20,000 nt of DNA from an uncultured virus (IMG/VR IMGVR_UViG_3300012956_000003). Taxonomy: Duplodnaviria; Heunggongvirae; Uroviricota; Caudoviricetes. Made by a program: the position numbers and the translations under genes. Below are positions 15,112-20,000 of this stretch, piece by piece; within the stretch, counting starts at the first letter, position 1, and each line of letters starts with the position of its first letter. Below the pieces are notes generated by a model, which saw only the letters and a list, made by a program, of their open reading frames with translations, was not told the DNA's origin and ran no database searches. Where the stretch lies: positions 49,035-69,034 of IMG/VR virus record IMGVR_UViG_3300012956_000003, one strand, 5' to 3'.

Positions 15112-17207
15112 ATCGAGAATCCTCCTGCGGAACCAGACGTACCCGTGTCACCCCTCCCCCAGCTAGAAACCGGGATCGAGGAGATCATAGAGATCAGGCT
15201 CCCGAGTGACTGCGCCGCCCCGGACTGCTGCCCGAGGAGCTGCTGCATCATCTGAATCCGAGCCATCTCGCCCTGGGTCTGCTTGTTTCCGAGCCCGGCC
15301 TGAAGGTTTGCGCCAGCCAACGTGTTCGCGTTGTTCCGCTCGATCGCCCGTTCTTGAGCAGTGAGGGCCTGCTGCTGCCTACCCCTGGCCTGCTCGTTCA
15401 TCGCCATCTGGGTTCCGAGCTGGGTCTGGTAGCGCGAGTCAGCCATCCCCTGCTGCTGCTGGTAGCCAGACAGGGCAGCCTGTTCCCGCTGGCGAGCCTG
15501 GTTTTCCATCGTCATCCGGTTCTGGATCGCCTGCTGCGCGCTGGCATCCTGCTCCCCCTGGAGTTGGCCAAGGTTGTTGAAGGCCTGCTGCTGGTAGCCA
15601 CGCTGCTGGCCGAGCATTCCTTGCTGGGCACCGAGCCCAAGTTGTTGGGCCGTGAGTTTGTTCTGCCCCAACTGGTTATACTGGTTGAAAGCTGAATTCC
15701 ACCGCTGATCGGACTCCTGAGCCATCTGCCCGTACATGTTGGCAGCGTCCCGTTTCATCGCGGTACTCTCGTTCGCCATTTGCCCGTAGAGCCCAGCCGC
15801 CGCCTGCTTTCTGGCGTCTCCTGCTTGGCTCATCTGCCCGTACATGTTGGCAGCCTGGGCCTGCCTGGCCCTATCCGCCGCGTTCTGGTTCTGCTGGGCG
15901 TTGAGTGCGTAGGTCGTCCGCGCGTCCCCCTCGCCCTGAAGCTGCCCAAGTCCCTGGAGACCCGTTGACTGGTCCGCTCGCTGGGCGTCTGCCATTTGAA
16001 TCTGGGCCTGGTTCAGGTTCCGGGAGACCTGGTTTGCTGCGTCGAGTCGGCCAGAGACGAGGGCCCCCGCCGCACCGGCGGCGTTGCCCGTCCGAGCTAC
16101 GCCACGGTTGACAGCTTGCTCGATCCCGCCGAGTTGAGACTGGATGGGAATTGCGGCTGTCTGTTTGAGTGCCTGTTTCGTCGGGTCGTCGTGCCCACCA
16201 CCACCACTGGCAAACCGGCGGAAGGTATCCTCTCGCTGCCCCTCGTACTTCCCCGGGTTGTAGCCGAACTGGTTGACCTGTCCCATGGTCGAGGATTCGT
16301 CAGCATTTCGACCGCCGGCCATGGTCCCGACAAGTCCAGCCTGCGGGTCCTCGTACATCCCGCGCCCGCTCTGAAACTCAGTAGCGAGAGCACCTCGCTG
16401 GGGCTCGAATCGCTGGACCCCGCCCTGGAACTCGGTCGCGAGTGCGCCTCGCATAGGTTCGTAGCGCCCCTCGCCTCGTCCGTTCTGGGCAGCAAGGTAT
16501 TCCATCGGGTCCTGGTACGGATTTCCGCCACCGTTGGCAATGTTCCCGTATTGGTCGTAGATCCTCTGCTCTTCGTCCCAGACTTGGTTGCCGTTGTTTG
16601 TGATCCCCTCGCGCTGGGCCCGGTAGCGGGGGTCATCCCAACCTTCCTGGTCGATGACCTGTGCCGTGTTCGCTTCGCGCTGAGACCAGCCCATGTTCCA
16701 GGGATCCCAAGATGCACCCCGGTAAGCGTTGCCGCTCATCCGGTTGAGCATGTCGTTGGAGTAGGGGTCATATCGGCCCGGGTCCTGACCATACCGGTCA
16801 GCCCCTTCGGCAGTCTGCATCTCGCGGAGGTTCCAGCCCATGTTGTAGGGGTCGTCGAACCCGTCACTCGCCTGTCCCGTGTAGCCACCGTACTGGCCCC
16901 AGCCCCCGGCGTTTGCATCATCCTGCCAGGTGCGGTTACCGGTCCTCCGGAAGTAGTCTGCGGTTTCGTCGACGTCCCGGTCGAAGTCATTGATTCCGTT
17001 AAACCCAGTGGTTAACCCGTAGAGACTGTAGTCGTCGCCCCAGACGGGCCCTGAAGTATCTGGCTGGGTGTAGAAGTCCGAGTCTCCCGTGTCGTAATCG
17101 TAGTTGGGCCCAGCAGCAGCCCCGCCGCTACGCACTTGATTCCGGGGGTTCTCCATTCCGAGGGGAACTCCCCAATCGGAGTAGTCGATATCTGCGTAAA
17201 ATGCCAT
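15108..17207 (-). CDS. Q/G/A-rich putative DNA pilot / ejection tube protein with 18-residue repeats (699 aa)
   Basis: AAGGGGG RBS, ATG 3 nt after the upstream TAA. D/Y/G/W-rich N-terminus followed by two blocks of 18-aa periodic helical repeats (see repeat features). No Cys. Confidence 0.75.
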   Translation of the reverse strand: MAFYADIDYSDWGVPLGMENPRNQVRSGGAAAGPNYDYDTGDSDFYTQPDTSGPVWGDDYSLYGLTTGFNGINDFDRDVDETADYFRRTGNRTWQDDANAGGWGQYGGYTGQASDGFDDPYNMGWNLREMQTAEGADRYGQDPGRYDPYSNDMLNRMSGNAYRGASWDPWNMGWSQREANTAQVIDQEGWDDPRYRAQREGITNNGNQVWDEEQRIYDQYGNIANGGGNPYQDPMEYLAAQNGRGEGRYEPMRGALATEFQGGVQRFEPQRGALATEFQSGRGMYEDPQAGLVGTMAGGRNADESSTMGQVNQFGYNPGKYEGQREDTFRRFASGGGGHDDPTKQALKQTAAIPIQSQLGGIEQAVNRGVARTGNAAGAAGALVSGRLDAANQVSRNLNQAQIQMADAQRADQSTGLQGLGQLQGEGDARTTYALNAQQNQNAADRARQAQAANMYGQMSQAGDARKQAAAGLYGQMANESTAMKRDAANMYGQMAQESDQRWNSAFNQYNQLGQNKLTAQQLGLGAQQGMLGQQRGYQQQAFNNLGQLQGEQDASAQQAIQNRMTMENQARQREQAALSGYQQQQGMADSRYQTQLGTQMAMNEQARGRQQQALTAQERAIERNNANTLAGANLQAGLGNKQTQGEMARIQMMQQLLGQQSGAAQSLGSLISMISSIPVSSWGRGDTGTSGSAGGFSI
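15261..15962 (-). repeat. 13 degenerate 54-bp / 18-aa repeats (e.g. AANMYGQMSQAGDARKQA, AAGLYGQMANESTAMKRD, AANMYGQMAQESDQRWNS)
   Basis: Manual alignment keeps register without indels from GLQGLGQLQGEGDARTTY (starts 15962) to GANLQAGLGNKQTQGEMA (ends 15261). Confidence 0.75.
16158..16517 (-). repeat. about 6.5 degenerate 54-bp / 18-aa repeats (YEPMRGALATEFQGGVQR, FEPQRGALATEFQSGRGM...)
   Basis: Units start YQDP, YEPM, FEPQ, YEDP, DESS, YEGQ, HDDP at exact 54-nt spacing (16517 to 16193). Confidence 0.7.
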
Positions 17208-17210
17208 TGG

Positions 17211-18317
17211 TTACCCCCTTAATCCAGCGAGAAGCTTGGCGAAGGTTTGCTCGGCGGCTTCTTCCTCGGGCTTGCGTGTTTGCCGAAGAACCTCTCCGCC
17301 GGCGAAGGGTTCCTTGAAGGCATTCGGATCTTTGTAGTATTCACCACCGGACTCACCGATCCGGTCCATCGCTTGCTGGAAGGTGGCTGGGTGCTGGCTG
17401 GCGAGGTCGCTTGTTTCGACACTCTTTCCTGGCACATGGTCGTATACCGGTCGGCGGCCCGAGTCAACGGTTCGCCCTCTCTGCCCCGGAGCCAGTTCAC
17501 CTGACCCTGGCTCTGCCCACATATCACCATGAAGTTCCGTATCACTACCCCCCGTCGTCGGCGACTCCGTTCGAGCTCCAAGCCCGGTGAGCCCCTGCTC
17601 GTCAGCCCGTCCCACGCCCGGGACCCTACGAGTGACGCCCCATGGGCGGCCAGTCTGTGGGTTTACCGAACCGCTGGGAGCACTAACCCCAGGGGTATCG
17701 TTTCGAGGTCCGCCTCCACCACCACTACCAACGGTGCTCCCGCCGCTACCACCCCCAGGGCTGTTGCCGGTGTCGTTTCCAGTCCCAGTCCCAGTCCCAG
17801 TTCCAGTTCCCGTTCCAGTTCCAGTTCCAGTTCCGGTCCCGGTCCCAGTAGGTATCGGACCGGTGGGGCCGGGGGGAGGAGGCGAGGGGGGTTGGGCACT
17901 CTTCCACGGGGGAGTCGTATTGTTCTTGTCCCAAGGCGACCAAGCCCCAATCTTTTCGGTGTACCTATTGTCTTTGTCCGGTCCATACCCGACGTAGATA
18001 TTGCTCTTGCTGTCCCATTCCCAGATGTTGCCGGAAGAGTCCTGGTAGGACGGCATCTTTTGCGTCGCCTGATTCGTGTTACCCGCAGTGATCACAGACT
18101 GAGCCTGCCTGGCGTCCAGGTCCCTGTACTCGTCGCCAAGAAACGTTCGGGCCTTCCCGTACTGTTTCCCACCAAAGATCAGGTCAGCCGCCGCCTGCTG
18201 CGTCCCGTACTGATTCGCAAGCTGTTTCAGGAGTGGACCGAATATGTCGTTTCCGACGTACGCCGTCTGGTTTGTGTGGTCCTGCTGCGCGGTTTGATCC
18301 GTTACCTGGTAGCCCAT
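17211..18317 (-). CDS. G/T/P-rich putative virion protein with (TG)12 linker (368 aa)
   Basis: GAGGTGA RBS, ATG 3 nt after the upstream TGA. Aromatic beta-hairpin-like segment YQDSSGNIWEWDSKSNIYVGY, poly-Pro, (TG)12, Gly/Ser run, C-terminal helix TFAKLLAGLRG. Confidence 0.75.
   Translation of the reverse strand: MGYQVTDQTAQQDHTNQTAYVGNDIFGPLLKQLANQYGTQQAAADLIFGGKQYGKARTFLGDEYRDLDARQAQSVITAGNTNQATQKMPSYQDSSGNIWEWDSKSNIYVGYGPDKDNRYTEKIGAWSPWDKNNTTPPWKSAQPPSPPPPGPTGPIPTGTGTGTGTGTGTGTGTGTGTGTGNDTGNSPGGGSGGSTVGSGGGGGPRNDTPGVSAPSGSVNPQTGRPWGVTRRVPGVGRADEQGLTGLGARTESPTTGGSDTELHGDMWAEPGSGELAPGQRGRTVDSGRRPVYDHVPGKSVETSDLASQHPATFQQAMDRIGESGGEYYKDPNAFKEPFAGGEVLRQTRKPEEEAAEQTFAKLLAGLRG
17778..17849. repeat. 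hexanucleotide tandem repeat, 12 x (T/C)CC(A/C/G)GT, encoding (Thr-Gly)12 on the - strand
   Basis: Read directly: tccagt cccagt cccagt cccagt tccagt tcccgt tccagt tccagt tccagt tccggt cccggt cccagt. Variation occurs only at synonymous positions of the - strand frame. Confidence 0.95.
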
Positions 18318-18320
18318 GCG

Positions 18321-19385
18321 TCACCTCGTCACTTCAAAGGGTTCGACGCCACCGGGCCCGTGGAAGAACTGGATAGCGTCGTCTAAAACTCGCTTTGCGT
18401 GCTCGTGCCCACCAACGAGGAACGCGACCTGCCGGACATACATGATAGCCGCATCCTTCATTGAGTAGGCCAGAACCTGCCTCGTTTTGTCGGGGTCGTC
18501 CTCGTGCTCGTTGCTCCATTCCCAGCAATCAAGAACCTGGGCAAGCGTCGCCGTGAGCACGTCCGCATGGGCCCGGAAGAATGGGTTCCTCGGCATCTCT
18601 ACGCCGAGGGCTCGCATCACATCGGCGACCCGATCAGGCTTTTCATCGCAATCCGCGATGTCATCAGCCAGTTGGGAAGCCTTATAGAGGGCCAAGAGGA
18701 GGGCAGTTGCTGCCGGGTCGCCAAGAGCGTACTCTTTCAGCTTCACGTCAACCGGCGGCGGGATCTTCTGGAGGGAACCGGGCGGAACGAACTCGATGAA
18801 CCCCTCGTAGCCATCCCCCCTGATGGGGTACTCCTCGTACCGGAACCCGAATTCGGCATCAGAGACGAAGTGGTCTCGGCAGGCATCTTGGATCAGCACA
18901 TCGGGGAGACTGGTCACGTTCCCTTTCCATCCGCTCCGCCTGAACTCAAGGCAAAGTTCCATGTCCCCGGAGAAGTACCGGAGCCAAGCTCTATCACCTC
19001 TCCGGATCGCCGTCCACTTCCAGCCGTCCTCAAGCATGATCGGGCCCTTCTCGAACTCGTGCCAGACGGAGACGGGAGCATCCTCCGGATTCAGGCCGAA
19101 CTGAATGACGGCTTCCGCGAACGGGTCAACCCAGTACTTCCTCCCGATGGCCCTCGGGATCTCGTGCCCCCCGCCGGGGCACACCATGAGTTCCTTGACC
19201 CTGAAGAGCGAAGACGAGTACCCAGTCTGCGAGTTCTCAGTGACGACCTTCCGTTCCTTCGTCTCGAAGTTGTAAGTCGTCGCATGGACTCGCCATGCAC
19301 CCCTCCAGGTGAAGGCCGCATGGGAGAACGCAAGGTCCCCAATGAACCCGTGGATGTACCACCACCGCGCTTCAGCCTGGCTCAC
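18321..19385 (-). CDS. two-domain protein: unknown N-terminal domain plus helical C-terminal domain with DDxxD motif (isoprenoid synthase / prenyltransferase-like) (354 aa)
   Basis: GTG start overlapping the upstream TGA (GTGA), GGGGGAG RBS. The C-terminal ~135 aa look all-helical: ALLLALYKASQLADDIADCD...EMPRNPFFRAHADVL...W...SN. DDIAD is at 18651-18665. The fold call is inference from motif and helical pattern. Confidence 0.6.
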   Translation of the reverse strand: MSQAEARWWYIHGFIGDLAFSHAAFTWRGAWRVHATTYNFETKERKVVTENSQTGYSSSLFRVKELMVCPGGGHEIPRAIGRKYWVDPFAEAVIQFGLNPEDAPVSVWHEFEKGPIMLEDGWKWTAIRRGDRAWLRYFSGDMELCLEFRRSGWKGNVTSLPDVLIQDACRDHFVSDAEFGFRYEEYPIRGDGYEGFIEFVPPGSLQKIPPPVDVKLKEYALGDPAATALLLALYKASQLADDIADCDEKPDRVADVMRALGVEMPRNPFFRAHADVLTATLAQVLDCWEWSNEHEDDPDKTRQVLAYSMKDAAIMYVRQVAFLVGGHEHAKRVLDDAIQFFHGPGGVEPFEVTR

Positions 19386-19795
19386 TTCTCCCCCTTACCG
19401 TACTGCGTCAAGTTGACCATCAGCCGAATCCGATCCTCCGGGTAGAACCCGGCTTGCTTTTCGAGCAATCTTGCGTATCCGTCGAGTTCCTGCGGGATGC
19501 AGATATGCGCCTCGCCAACCCCGGTCTGCTGGTGAATCCACGGGAGCCCGACACCGATGAGTTCCTTGATGGTTCGCCACCTCTTCAGCGGCGGCACCCT
19601 CGGGTCCACCATCAAGAAGCCCTCGACGCAGATCCGGCCGGAAAGTGCGCCGATGAAGGCGCCCTCTTCCTCCTGGACGACGGTCGAGTGTGTCGGCCAG
19701 AGATCTGGGTCCGAGAAGAAGTACTGCTCCCCATGCGCCTGCCGGAGGGCGAGGATTCGCTCCCTGTCCTCCGGCATGTAGAGGCGAACCGGCAT
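19382..19795 (-). CDS. GNAT-fold (acyltransferase-like) protein (137 aa)
   Basis: MPVRLYMPEDRERILAL (strand 1/helix 1), VVQEEEGAFIGAL (beta hairpin), LMVDP, YARLLEKQAGFY (motif B-like). Its position ahead of internal virion genes parallels GNAT-like genes in podophage morphogenesis clusters. ATG lies 1 nt after the upstream TGA. Confidence 0.65.
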   Translation of the reverse strand: MPVRLYMPEDRERILALRQAHGEQYFFSDPDLWPTHSTVVQEEEGAFIGALSGRICVEGFLMVDPRVPPLKRWRTIKELIGVGLPWIHQQTGVGEAHICIPQELDGYARLLEKQAGFYPEDRIRLMVNLTQYGKGEK

Positions 19796-19796
19796 C

Positions 19797-20000
19797 TCAG
19801 TACGAGTAGTTCGGACCTAGATCAGGTCCCATCTCGCCGCCGAGCCCCTGCTGCTGGGGACCACCTTGCTGCTTGTACGGGTTCCGGTAACCACGACGAT
19901 ACGGCGGCTGCATCTGCCCCAACGGCTGGCTCACCGAGCCGCCCTGCATCGTCCCACTTGCTGAGGCCTGCACCCTGGATGGGTCGATTCGCTGCTGCGC
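19797..20000 (-). CDS. 3' end of a Q/G/P-rich protein running off the window (not in ORF track)
   Basis: Manual translation of the - strand is open from 20000: AQQRIDPSRVQASASGTMQGGSVSQPLGQMQPPYRRGYRNPYKQQGGPQQQGLGGEMGPDLGPNYSY*. TGA at 19799-19797 abuts the next ATG. Confidence 0.7.
   Translation of the reverse strand, partial: AQQRIDPSRVQASASGTMQGGSVSQPLGQMQPPYRRGYRNPYKQQGGPQQQGLGGEMGPDLGPNYSY

Noticed and set aside
15261..16517. 54-bp periodic repeats as a CRISPR array or DGR repeat pair
   Set aside because: Repeats are degenerate, in-frame and conserved at protein level; there is no constant repeat/unique spacer pattern, no adenine-specific variation noticed, and no cas or reverse transcriptase gene in the window.
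17746..17997. Alternative-frame ORFs with (PV)n, (EL)n or (WN/WD)n runs
   Set aside because: Translations of the same hexamer repeat; variation is synonymous only in the Thr-Gly frame.

Overview
GC-rich phage or prophage segment with two convergent operons and no rRNA, tRNA, CRISPR array or transposase that I could see. The + strand (1-3187) carries the 3' part of a SMARCAL1/HARP-type SNF2 helicase, then six tightly packed small genes (a ribbon-helix-helix protein, a CxxC...CxxC zinc-finger protein, two small membrane proteins and two unknowns). The - strand (20000 to 3271) is a translationally coupled operon resembling the internal virion/ejection-protein module of a short-tailed phage: a partial Q/G/P-rich ORF, a GNAT-fold protein, a protein with a DDxxD isoprenoid-synthase-like C-terminal domain, four low-complexity putative ejection proteins (one with an exact 18-residue periodicity) and a 3306-aa polyvalent protein. 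That protein contains an HExxH metallopeptidase motif, a coiled coil, an unknown module, an 'EEIQSDWHQ' module, an ART-PolyVal-type ADP-ribosyltransferase and an LPD38-like C-terminus. Three observations stand out. (i) A 55-codon ORF with its own RBS, a candidate promoter and genome-typical codon usage is nested in another frame inside the giant gene, directly after the unknown module (candidate immunity gene). (ii) The modules are delimited by a repeated [FY]-S/A-x-R linker, with an exact 12-bp direct repeat bracketing the ART domain. (iii) A GNAT plus prenyltransferase-like enzyme pair sits at the head of the ejection-protein genes, possibly modifying them. All family assignments come from reading motifs by eye, not from database searches.
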